Origin: an uncultured Pseudomonadales bacterium
Lineage (GTDB): Bacteria; Patescibacteriota; Microgenomatia; UBA1400; PJMF01
Reading direction: 5' to 3'
Length of the DNA stretch: 64,000 nt
Assembly (NCBI GenBank): GCA_964556485.1
Contig: CAZKVV010000004.1
Location: 57,618 to 121,617, forward strand
Shown here: piece by piece, positions 48,422 through 56,919 of the stretch
Position numbering within the stretch: position 1 is the stretch's first letter
Layout of the letters: every line of letters starts with the position of its first letter
Notes under the pieces: model-generated
What the model was told of the DNA's origin: nothing
The model's database searches: none
What the model saw: only the letters and a program-made list of their open reading frames with translations
Translations under genes and position numbers: made by a program

Positions 48422-48823
48422 ATGTTTAGTGATGAAAGAAGAATTGAATTTAGAGCTTTAGACCGAAAAGTTTCGAATGCAGCAGATGTAGATGTCATCC
48501 ACCCTAATGAACAAATGACTAAGCGAAAAGAAGGGATAGCAGCACTTTTTAAAAAAGTTGATGATTTTGAAGCCACAGGACATCATGATATTGCCGCGGA
48601 ATTGAGATCTCAGGTTGAGGTTATCAAAAGCATAATTCAAGATCCAAGTATTTCTATATCTGAAAAACCTGAAGCAAAACTTGCTCTTGCAACTGTTCAA
48701 ATTAATTTGCTAACTCAAACACTGTACGATATTTGTAAATCACTTACTGACGGTATAAATACCAAGCAAGAATTGCGTTATGCTCTGATGAGCTTTGGCA
48801 CCTTTGTCGCTTCGTTAATGTGA
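48422..48823 (+). CDS. Hypothetical protein
   Basis: 133-aa ORF with GAGG SD. Confidence 0.55.
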   Translation: MFSDERRIEFRALDRKVSNAADVDVIHPNEQMTKRKEGIAALFKKVDDFEATGHHDIAAELRSQVEVIKSIIQDPSISISEKPEAKLALATVQINLLTQTLYDICKSLTDGINTKQELRYALMSFGTFVASLM

Positions 48824-48840
48824 TGATGTTTGTTGTATCA

Positions 48841-49482
48841 TTACATTTCATGGTATGGATACGTTATTGGAGAAATCAAAAATGAGATATTGCTTGTGTG
48901 TTCAGAGACATTGTCAACAAAACTGGTAACACAACCAGTGGGTAAATGTAGTTGTCCGGCAGCTACCACTTTTTTACATTGTAATTGCTCTAATCTATTT
49001 GCAATATCTTCGTAAGTAAGACCAGCATCTGGATTTGGACTCGTTTGTGTTGTTGGATACCAAAGTATTGTTCCAGAAAAACCTAAAGCCCTAAGCAAGT
49101 CAAAGCTTTTCTTTTGATATCTTTTCTCTTCACCCACAAGCAATACAGGTACTGCTTTGAGCATATTTTTAAGACGTGAGAAATACCCCATTGAGTTAAT
49201 ACGACTTCTAGATTGTTCAGGTATAAGCAATCGCTGGTTACCTTTGGGCAACTCATAGCCAAATCCTGTTTCTTGTTGTTGAAATGTGTTGATAAGCTCA
49301 TCGATCCCTAATGTATTTAGGTTTTCATCCTTAATTTGCATGTAGAACGGGTGAATAAGTGCAAGCAGAATTCCTGATTTACTTGCAATTTCTGCTTGTA
49401 ATTGAGGTACTGCTGCTTCGAATGTCTGAATATCATTCAAAGAAATTTCAGTTTGAATATGTGGCCGTAACTTTTCGTTCAT
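48841..49482 (-). CDS. Hypothetical protein, possible isochorismatase-like fold
   Basis: LIHPFY, VVAAG...GCV pattern. Confidence 0.55.
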   Translation of the reverse strand: MNEKLRPHIQTEISLNDIQTFEAAVPQLQAEIASKSGILLALIHPFYMQIKDENLNTLGIDELINTFQQQETGFGYELPKGNQRLLIPEQSRSRINSMGYFSRLKNMLKAVPVLLVGEEKRYQKKSFDLLRALGFSGTILWYPTTQTSPNPDAGLTYEDIANRLEQLQCKKVVAAGQLHLPTGCVTSFVDNVSEHTSNISFLISPITYPYHEM

Positions 49483-49499
49483 ACACTGCTAGTTTTGTT

Positions 49500-51320
49500 C
49501 TATGCTACTAGATCCCATTCTCTGAGTTTCTCAACATCTCCAGATTGAATTTTGAATAAACTAGCGTATAAATCGTCTCGCTTCATTAACTCTGCGTGAG
49601 TGCCTTGCTCAAGAATTTTTTGTTCTTTGAAAACAATAATATTATCAGCTCTTTGTATTGTTGAAAGCCTATGGGCAATAATAATTGCTGTCCGGTTGGA
49701 GAGCAATTTCTTTAATGCTTGCTGAATATACATTTCAGATTCTGAGTCTAAGGCGCTGGTAGCTTCATCTAAAATAATTATTTTAGGATCGCGAAGAACC
49801 GTGCGAGCTAGTGACAATCGCTGTCTTTGGCCGCCAGATAACTTTACACCGCGCTCACCAATAATGGTTTTCAATCCTTCGGGGAGTTGAGAAATAAACT
49901 CATCTGCATGTGCTACTTTGCAGGCATCCAACATTTCTGCTTCAGTAGCAGTAGGTTTTGCATATCGTAAATTTTCTTCAATTGTTTCGGCAAATAAATT
50001 TGAATCTTGGCTTACTAATCCTAAATGCAAACGCAAATCATGTTGCTTCATTTCTCTAATATCCACGCCATCAAGCATAATTGAACCTTCTGATACATCG
50101 AAAAATCTCATGATTAAACTGGCAATGGTAGATTTGCCAACTCCGGATGGACCAACTAAAGCAGTAGTTTTATTTGGTTCAATAGTAAATGAAATGTCAT
50201 CGAAAACTTTGAGATTTTCAATCCTAGATGGTTTAACTTCCCGTCCTTTATTAATTTCAGAGTCAAACTCAACAATTTGTTGTGGTTCATAAATAAAGGA
50301 AACATTTTTGAACTCAATTTTGCCTTCAACAGTTTTCAAAGTTACTGGCTTACTGGGGTCAGTAACACGAGGTTGGATGGAAATAATTTTCATGAAATCT
50401 TTAGCACCAATTTGTGCACGTTTAATTTCCCAAAAAATCCAGTTAATTTGCCAGAGTGGTCCACGAATGAGCTGAATTAGTCCGACAAGTAATATCAATG
50501 TTCCCACTGTAATATCTCCCAGCCATGTTAAATACACGATGTATGCGTACATGCTCCAACTGAAAGCTTCTAAAATTAGGTCAGCGCTCACAGCTTTAAA
50601 ACTGTTCCACTGCATTTGGGTACGTAGCGCTAAGTATTCTTTGAAAAAAGCAATGAATTTTTTACGTTCAAAATCTTCCGAACGAAAGGCTTTTATAAGC
50701 TGCATTGAACTAATGACTTCAAAGAAGTGACTATATTGTTCATCGTATAGTTTGTATTCTTGTCTTTCTAAGACCTCATCTTTCTTAAAACGCCAACGAC
50801 TAATGAGGGCGTAAGGAATAAAAGCTATAACAGTTAAAATGGCAACTCTCCATTCATGAAAAACCACAATGCTAAAAGCAACTACGGCAGTGGTAATACT
50901 TGGCAAAGAGTGAATTCCAAAATTACTGACTATTCCAGAGAGTCTGTTTACACCTCTGTCTAACTTGCTCATAACTTTGCCACTTGGCTGGTCATGAAAA
51001 AAATCGAGTGAGAGTCTCATTAAGTGATCAAAACCAATTTGTTTGAGATGCGATTCGAGTTTAACCGAAAATATGTTTGTTATAAAAAAGGAAGTCGCGT
51101 TGAGAATACTTTGAATGATTTTAACCGTAAGTAGGATAAGTAAGGTTGTAAAAATACTTGACCATGCAATACTCGCTTCTTTTTCCACTAAGATGTCGGT
51201 AATTTCTTTTGTAATAAATGGTTCGACCTGATTCAATCCTGCCATAACCACAATTAAAAGTGTTATTGTCAGTAACATTTTCCAATATGGTTTTGCAAAT
51301 GACATTGCACTAAGAAACAT
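49500..51320 (-). CDS. ABC exporter, fused permease/ATP-binding (MsbA/Atm1-like)
   Basis: Six-TM domain, GPSGVGKST, LSGGQRQR, LDEATSALD, IAHRLST. Confidence 0.95.
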   Translation of the reverse strand: MFLSAMSFAKPYWKMLLTITLLIVVMAGLNQVEPFITKEITDILVEKEASIAWSSIFTTLLILLTVKIIQSILNATSFFITNIFSVKLESHLKQIGFDHLMRLSLDFFHDQPSGKVMSKLDRGVNRLSGIVSNFGIHSLPSITTAVVAFSIVVFHEWRVAILTVIAFIPYALISRWRFKKDEVLERQEYKLYDEQYSHFFEVISSMQLIKAFRSEDFERKKFIAFFKEYLALRTQMQWNSFKAVSADLILEAFSWSMYAYIVYLTWLGDITVGTLILLVGLIQLIRGPLWQINWIFWEIKRAQIGAKDFMKIISIQPRVTDPSKPVTLKTVEGKIEFKNVSFIYEPQQIVEFDSEINKGREVKPSRIENLKVFDDISFTIEPNKTTALVGPSGVGKSTIASLIMRFFDVSEGSIMLDGVDIREMKQHDLRLHLGLVSQDSNLFAETIEENLRYAKPTATEAEMLDACKVAHADEFISQLPEGLKTIIGERGVKLSGGQRQRLSLARTVLRDPKIIILDEATSALDSESEMYIQQALKKLLSNRTAIIIAHRLSTIQRADNIIVFKEQKILEQGTHAELMKRDDLYASLFKIQSGDVEKLREWDLVA

Positions 51321-51385
51321 AGTTGTGATTTCCGCTATACAATTCCAAATAATGCTTGGAGTTATACCTACACTATACACTTGCT

Positions 51386-53047
51386 TCACCGCAAATCACA
51401 AAACATTTTATTTTTGAATGCTTCGTTTCTATCCCCCCAATATTTCTCGATAAAGTTGCGGAATTCTTTATCTTCTGAGTGTGAGAGACTATGCACTCTA
51501 AGGTTGCTTAATTCATTTAGTATAACAGGCAGCTGGGACGATAATCTCAGTCCAATATGTGATAAAACTATGCTCAATCGATATATTTCTTCTCTATTTC
51601 TAGATTCATAAGTATCAAGAACTAGATTTGTTTTGGCAGATAACAAGGTATGTAGTTGTTTTAAGTATTCAATCATATCTTTTTGCATTCTCGTTAGGGT
51701 TAATCTTTCAAGCCTTGCGAATTTTTCCTCAATTTCCAAGCATTTTTGTTGCAATTGTTCTTTAGCTAGGGCAACAAATTCGCCCAACTGATGGTTTGGA
51801 ATATCTAGGCTGCAAAAGTGAGCTAGGGTTTCTTCAAAATATTGAATTCCAAGCGCATCTCTAGAAATACCCACTAAAATTTCATCTAATCGATTCGTTC
51901 GTTCTTCATCATTCCATTCCGAGTCATCACCATAGATCTCACCAGAATTTGTCATAATAGGCTGCATAAAAATGATTTTATGATCAAGAAATCGTCGTAT
52001 TTCATTTCTACTTTCGTTTTTATCACTTTTAATTTTTAAGTACATCCATATTGAATCGAACATAAACAATCGACCATCTTGGATGGGCAATTCAAAATTT
52101 CCTGTTCGATTTATTGGTGTTGCTGCTACCATTGAAACTGAGCGAGAATTATCTGGTGAGAGAACAACCCCATCTAAACAAGCGGGTGAACCAATATCTT
52201 CCATTGCATCTTGTCGTTCTAAATTCTTTCCTACAAGCTGAAGACCTTTGCCACTTTTTGCATCTTTCGGTTTCACATCAATCATCTGTTTCATGAGAAA
52301 GTTAACATGATTTTTTGATAATCCACGTTCATATAATTTTTTTTCAATCAGCGCTAAACACACTTCTGCTCTTTGTGCATTGTGCCCACTAATGCTGAGG
52401 TTTATTTTGGTTGGACAAGAATAAGTTTCAATCGAAATGTCAACAATTCTTAGTGCCAAATCCACAAATACATCTTGAGAGCCAGTCGGTAAAGATGTAT
52501 TAATTGTTCTAGTCATCACGGGGCATTTGACTAATAGAAGTTGGTATACATCCAATGCAGTTTTCTCACCATCTCGATAATCTAAAAAATCGGTGTTGAA
52601 ATACGGATAGACTTTGTAAGGAGCATTGTCTTGAATTTGTTGTCCATATTTTGTAAAGAATGCTTGCATGGAATTAAAACTAAATGTATGAGTGATTCCC
52701 CTCGGTTTTTCGCCTAAGAAGCAATAACTACAACCGCCATTACATCCTCTGGTAAATTCAATTGCAACAATATTTTTTAAGATAAATTCTTTTGTTGAGT
52801 CGTCAAAATTTTCAAATGTTTTCAGTAGATCAATATGTTTTACGCGCTCTGCATTAGCACTGTGTTCTGGCTGTAAAAACCACATCTGTTCTAATGCAAC
52901 TCTAGCTTCATTTCGGACACCTTCGTCAAAACTTCCCGACATTGCCAGTAGATCTTGTTTACCAGCCTTTGGACTCACGCCCCACTCCATCATCATGAGG
53001 AATTCTGTTGCTAGTTGGGGGTTTACCTCACTGAGATCATTACACAT
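51386..53047 (-). CDS. Radical SAM domain protein
   Basis: TRGCNGGCSYC (CxxxCxxC); helical C-terminal extension. Confidence 0.75.
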   Translation of the reverse strand: MCNDLSEVNPQLATEFLMMMEWGVSPKAGKQDLLAMSGSFDEGVRNEARVALEQMWFLQPEHSANAERVKHIDLLKTFENFDDSTKEFILKNIVAIEFTRGCNGGCSYCFLGEKPRGITHTFSFNSMQAFFTKYGQQIQDNAPYKVYPYFNTDFLDYRDGEKTALDVYQLLLVKCPVMTRTINTSLPTGSQDVFVDLALRIVDISIETYSCPTKINLSISGHNAQRAEVCLALIEKKLYERGLSKNHVNFLMKQMIDVKPKDAKSGKGLQLVGKNLERQDAMEDIGSPACLDGVVLSPDNSRSVSMVAATPINRTGNFELPIQDGRLFMFDSIWMYLKIKSDKNESRNEIRRFLDHKIIFMQPIMTNSGEIYGDDSEWNDEERTNRLDEILVGISRDALGIQYFEETLAHFCSLDIPNHQLGEFVALAKEQLQQKCLEIEEKFARLERLTLTRMQKDMIEYLKQLHTLLSAKTNLVLDTYESRNREEIYRLSIVLSHIGLRLSSQLPVILNELSNLRVHSLSHSEDKEFRNFIEKYWGDRNEAFKNKMFCDLR

Positions 53048-53049
53048 TT

Positions 53050-53184
53050 TTATGCATCCCTCTTGATCATGCGCAGCTCAATCTCAGCCATTTTTTTTAT
53101 AGCATTCACCATTTGCCTAACGTATTCTTCTTGATTTGGGCAAAGCTTTTCTGTCTTCTGTTTAGGTTTGTAAGTTTGATTCAT
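53050..53184 (-). CDS. Small hypothetical peptide (44 aa from ATG 53184; 65 aa from TTG 53247)
   Basis: Fills gap between AAA and radical SAM genes, stop 2 nt before the next ATG. Confidence 0.45.
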   Translation of the reverse strand: MNQTYKPKQKTEKLCPNQEEYVRQMVNAIKKMAEIELRMIKRDA

Positions 53185-53186
53185 AT

Positions 53187-53202
53187 AGTGTGATATCACA
53201 CT
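53187..53202. promoter_or_regulatory. Perfect 16-bp palindrome, candidate operator
   Basis: AGTGTGATATCACACT, 2 nt upstream of ATG 53184. Confidence 0.45.
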
Positions 53203-53268
53203 CTGATTTTTTTGAGAAAAATCGGAGTCATTTTTAGTTGTCCACAACGTGTTGTTGCCTTCAGCTTA

Positions 53269-56200
53269 TTAAGCAGCATCAATCAATTGTTCAACCCTCT
53301 GTCGTTGTTCATATTCGCCGATTTTTGGCAAAACAACTAGCTTCACGGCATTTTTAACACTTTTTTGATCAAACTCCTCTAAGTCGAAGATGATTTCTTC
53401 GGTTTCACGCTGAGTGAATACAAACTCTACGATGTCGTTTGATTCATTTCGTTGATAAGCGCGGTAAGCTTGACGTACTTTGTTTGCAATTCTTACTAAG
53501 AGGTCTAAGGCACTAATGGCTTGTAACCGCTCTGGCGTAGCGAATATATCTCCGCCATTAACCGCATCACCATTAACCGCATGGTTCCACAACTTCGTAA
53601 ACTCCTCCTTATTGAGTGTTCTCAAATCCTCAGCTCGTTGAGCAAGAATGAAGGCTTCGTCAGGACGTTTTCTGACCTTTGTGAATCCTTCAGTTGATTT
53701 GCCACTTGGGACTGTTTGAGTTTCAACATTAACTCGCTCGTACTCTCCATTAACTTTTTCAATCACGTTGTAAGGTTGGTAATCTACTTCTATCACTCTG
53801 GCACGGCTCTTAAACTCTTGTGCCAATGGCTGAGTACCAATATAGTTTTCTGGATTCATGGTGCCAATGAGCAAATTATCTGGATGTACTTCAATCTTTT
53901 GTCCGATGCCATTGGTGTTAAGCTCAACATAATCAGGGTCTTCACCTTGAGTGAAGTACAACGTGCGGCGGTAGTCAAAAACCGAGTTTAACATTTTAGT
54001 TACTTCTGCAGGCATGGCGTTAATTTCAATCAAGTTGATAATTACACCAGGTTTAGAGAGAGCTTCAGCAAACTTAGCGGGTACGCGATAAGTGCCTTTC
54101 TTGGGATCGAATCTGAACTCTGAAGTAAGATCCTCGGGGTCCATTGTTTTGCGACAGGGAATATTAACTACTTCGTAATTTGTTAAGGCTCCAAATGCGT
54201 CAATATTAAAGTCTTTGCCCACACCAGCGTCACCTTGCATGATTAGCAATCCTCTTGGAGTTCTCACTCGGTTCAGTTGTTTATCCAAACCCAACTGTGC
54301 TCGCAAGTTACGCGCCATATTACCGAGTACTTCTAAAGTGTATTCGGTCATCCTAAGTTCGCGACTAAGTGGAGGAACTTCACGTTTGGGATTAAAGTGC
54401 GTTTCCGCACGAGCTTTAGCTTTTTGATAACGAGGATCACTGTCGTCGACCCTCATATTCATGTAGACACCACTGCGCCAAATCCCAGCATTCTGACTCT
54501 CGAAAGCTAGTTCACCTTTATACTCAGCTCTTTGGTCGGCAGTAAGTTTTGAGAAGTCAATTTTCTTACCATCTGTACCCCAAACGATGGGCGTTACCCA
54601 TCCTGGAGAGAAGAGTATCTGGCGATCCCTGAATGTTGGGAATGCTTCACCAGCTAGTACTCTAACTTTCTCGCGCTCTATTGTTTTAGTCGCTTCTTTT
54701 TCTTGTTCGAACCGCTGAACTCTTTCCCGAAGGAGAGAAAGATACTGTTGATCATAATCAGCACGGCGACTCTCAGGAAGATGATTGATCAACTGTCTAA
54801 CACGTTCAGAGCGTGGATGGTTAAATGCCCATGCTTCAAGATTAATTCTACCCTCAGTCTCACCCAAGACCGCATCAATATCTTCCTGAAGTTCGCGTAA
54901 AGCCTCGGCTATCTCTCGAACAACTTCCTCAACTCTTGCTTCTTGTTCTCTTTTTCTTTCATCTGTTTTTGTCTGAATCTCTGAGCGTTTCTTCTGGCGG
55001 ATCTCACCCCAAGCAACTCTCAAGCGTCGTCTTTCTTTAGCATCGGTAACGAGATTTAATCTAGAGTTAAACCGTTCGACGACAGGATCTTTCTCCAACT
55101 CACTTAATTCGTTGATGCTCAGCGCTGGTTGAATAGCGGCTTCCATTTCCGACAACATCCCTTCCAAAGAAGTGACGAGTTGGCCTTGGAACTCCTTCTG
55201 TAATTCAACAATTCTTTCGGAGGAATGCTCAAGGCTTGTTTGAACTTTATTTCTCAAATCACCTTCTAGCACCTGCAGGTTTGCTGACTGCCGCATTTGA
55301 CGAACTTCTTCAAGCCTTTGCGCTACAGCAATGCTTTGTTCTATGGTTGTTGCCAGGCGGACACGTTGTTCCAAATCCTCAACAGCTTCCACTAAGACCT
55401 TTGCCTTAAACTCGTTTCTTCTTCTTTCAAAAGCTTGTTGCACTGTGGCAAAAGCTTCTGGGTACTGCTGATAGGGGTCTTTTTTTCTTAAAACTGAGAG
55501 CTTTGCCTCTAGTTTAAGCAGAGCTTGTTCATCGGTTGCTGACTGAACTAATGGTAAAAATTCTCCCTCTAATTTAACCTTCAGAGCTTCCTTAATATCG
55601 TCATTACTGACTGTTTTTTCTTGTTTTCTCTGTAGTGCAGTTACCTTTTCTTCGAGATCATTCGCAACAATATTATCTATGTCTAATTGTTCGATCTCTG
55701 AAAGTAGTGCCTTCATCTTCTGTCGTTGCTCTTCTAACATTCGCGACATTTGCTCGGGATCAAACTGAGCAAAGTTGGTGGTAATAATTCTTAGTTGGTT
55801 GTTGTCGTCAACAAAGTAGAGATTGCCAGCCTTATCTGCGCCAACATTACTTTTAATTCCTGCAAATGCGTAGTGTTTAGTCCGAGATTTCTTATCGAAA
55901 ATAGTTAGCTGATTATCACCATGCTTAACAATAAGAAAATTGCCTCGAGGATCCATAATTACTTGTTGGATATTGTCTACATCGAGCAAATCAATTGTTT
56001 CCGAATTAAGAAAACCGCTTTCCATGCCAGTTAGTGAAAACTTATGAAGTTTTCCATTCTCCGTAAAATAAACAGTATCACCATCTGAAGGATCGAGCAC
56101 AGGGCGAGGATCAGACAATGCTCTAATTTGTCGCTCAAAGCCACTTTCATTTTTGTTATAGATTCGGGTTATTGTCTGACCATCAGACACTGCATAAATA

Positions 56201-56895
56201 CCTGTTTTATTCTTAAATAGTGGCAAAACTTCGCTTGGAGATTTTTTCCAGTTTTTTAGGTCAGGTCCATCGACAGCCAGTGCAACCGCCTCACCCATAA
56301 TTTCGAGTGTGACAATATTACCATCCACCGACATTACTGTTGTTGGTCTTTTAATTAACTGCTCGTCACTAACCATACCGATATGATGATCTTTTAAATC
56401 TGAGGGTGATAAAAACCACGAATCAACAGTTTTTTTTTGACTCAAACTAGTCTGTTGAAGTATCTTAACTGCAAGTTTCTGAATTTCTTCTCTATCCTTT
56501 GACGCATCTAGCCCGGGAACAAATTGGGCAATTATTTTATTAAGATTCACTCCGCCAAATTGTTTAACAAAAGCCTCTGTTCCGATAAAATTTCTGTCGC
56601 TTGTTTTTAATGCTACTAAAGCTAATTGAATAATTTTTCGGCATGTAAAGCTTGTCCTGATGTTTGGAAAAATTTCTTCCAAACTCTTCATCTGACCCTG
56701 TGGAGAAATAACGACTATGTGAGAGCTAGTACTTTTTGAAGCAAAAACCCATCCATTTTCAAGAACAGCCACCGATGATAAGTCTGTGTTTGTTTCTGAT
56801 GCTGATGTCTTGAAATAATCTGGAGAATGAAGGATGGTCTGTGGTGCAGGAACTTTTGTTTCATGCAAATTTTTGTTAAATTCTGTCATATTCAT
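53269..56895 (-). CDS. Large MoxR/CbbQ-like (AAA_5) ATPase with N-terminal beta-propeller-like region and central coiled coil
   Basis: GDAGVGKD, INLIEINA, GTMNP..YIGTQPL..EFKSR; DP..N/D beta repeats; long E/R/Q helical region. Confidence 0.85.
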   Translation of the reverse strand: MNMTEFNKNLHETKVPAPQTILHSPDYFKTSASETNTDLSSVAVLENGWVFASKSTSSHIVVISPQGQMKSLEEIFPNIRTSFTCRKIIQLALVALKTSDRNFIGTEAFVKQFGGVNLNKIIAQFVPGLDASKDREEIQKLAVKILQQTSLSQKKTVDSWFLSPSDLKDHHIGMVSDEQLIKRPTTVMSVDGNIVTLEIMGEAVALAVDGPDLKNWKKSPSEVLPLFKNKTGIYAVSDGQTITRIYNKNESGFERQIRALSDPRPVLDPSDGDTVYFTENGKLHKFSLTGMESGFLNSETIDLLDVDNIQQVIMDPRGNFLIVKHGDNQLTIFDKKSRTKHYAFAGIKSNVGADKAGNLYFVDDNNQLRIITTNFAQFDPEQMSRMLEEQRQKMKALLSEIEQLDIDNIVANDLEEKVTALQRKQEKTVSNDDIKEALKVKLEGEFLPLVQSATDEQALLKLEAKLSVLRKKDPYQQYPEAFATVQQAFERRRNEFKAKVLVEAVEDLEQRVRLATTIEQSIAVAQRLEEVRQMRQSANLQVLEGDLRNKVQTSLEHSSERIVELQKEFQGQLVTSLEGMLSEMEAAIQPALSINELSELEKDPVVERFNSRLNLVTDAKERRRLRVAWGEIRQKKRSEIQTKTDERKREQEARVEEVVREIAEALRELQEDIDAVLGETEGRINLEAWAFNHPRSERVRQLINHLPESRRADYDQQYLSLLRERVQRFEQEKEATKTIEREKVRVLAGEAFPTFRDRQILFSPGWVTPIVWGTDGKKIDFSKLTADQRAEYKGELAFESQNAGIWRSGVYMNMRVDDSDPRYQKAKARAETHFNPKREVPPLSRELRMTEYTLEVLGNMARNLRAQLGLDKQLNRVRTPRGLLIMQGDAGVGKDFNIDAFGALTNYEVVNIPCRKTMDPEDLTSEFRFDPKKGTYRVPAKFAEALSKPGVIINLIEINAMPAEVTKMLNSVFDYRRTLYFTQGEDPDYVELNTNGIGQKIEVHPDNLLIGTMNPENYIGTQPLAQEFKSRARVIEVDYQPYNVIEKVNGEYERVNVETQTVPSGKSTEGFTKVRKRPDEAFILAQRAEDLRTLNKEEFTKLWNHAVNGDAVNGGDIFATPERLQAISALDLLVRIANKVRQAYRAYQRNESNDIVEFVFTQRETEEIIFDLEEFDQKSVKNAVKLVVLPKIGEYEQRQRVEQLIDAA

Positions 56896-56919
56896 TCACA
56901 TTATTAACTATTACTTTTT

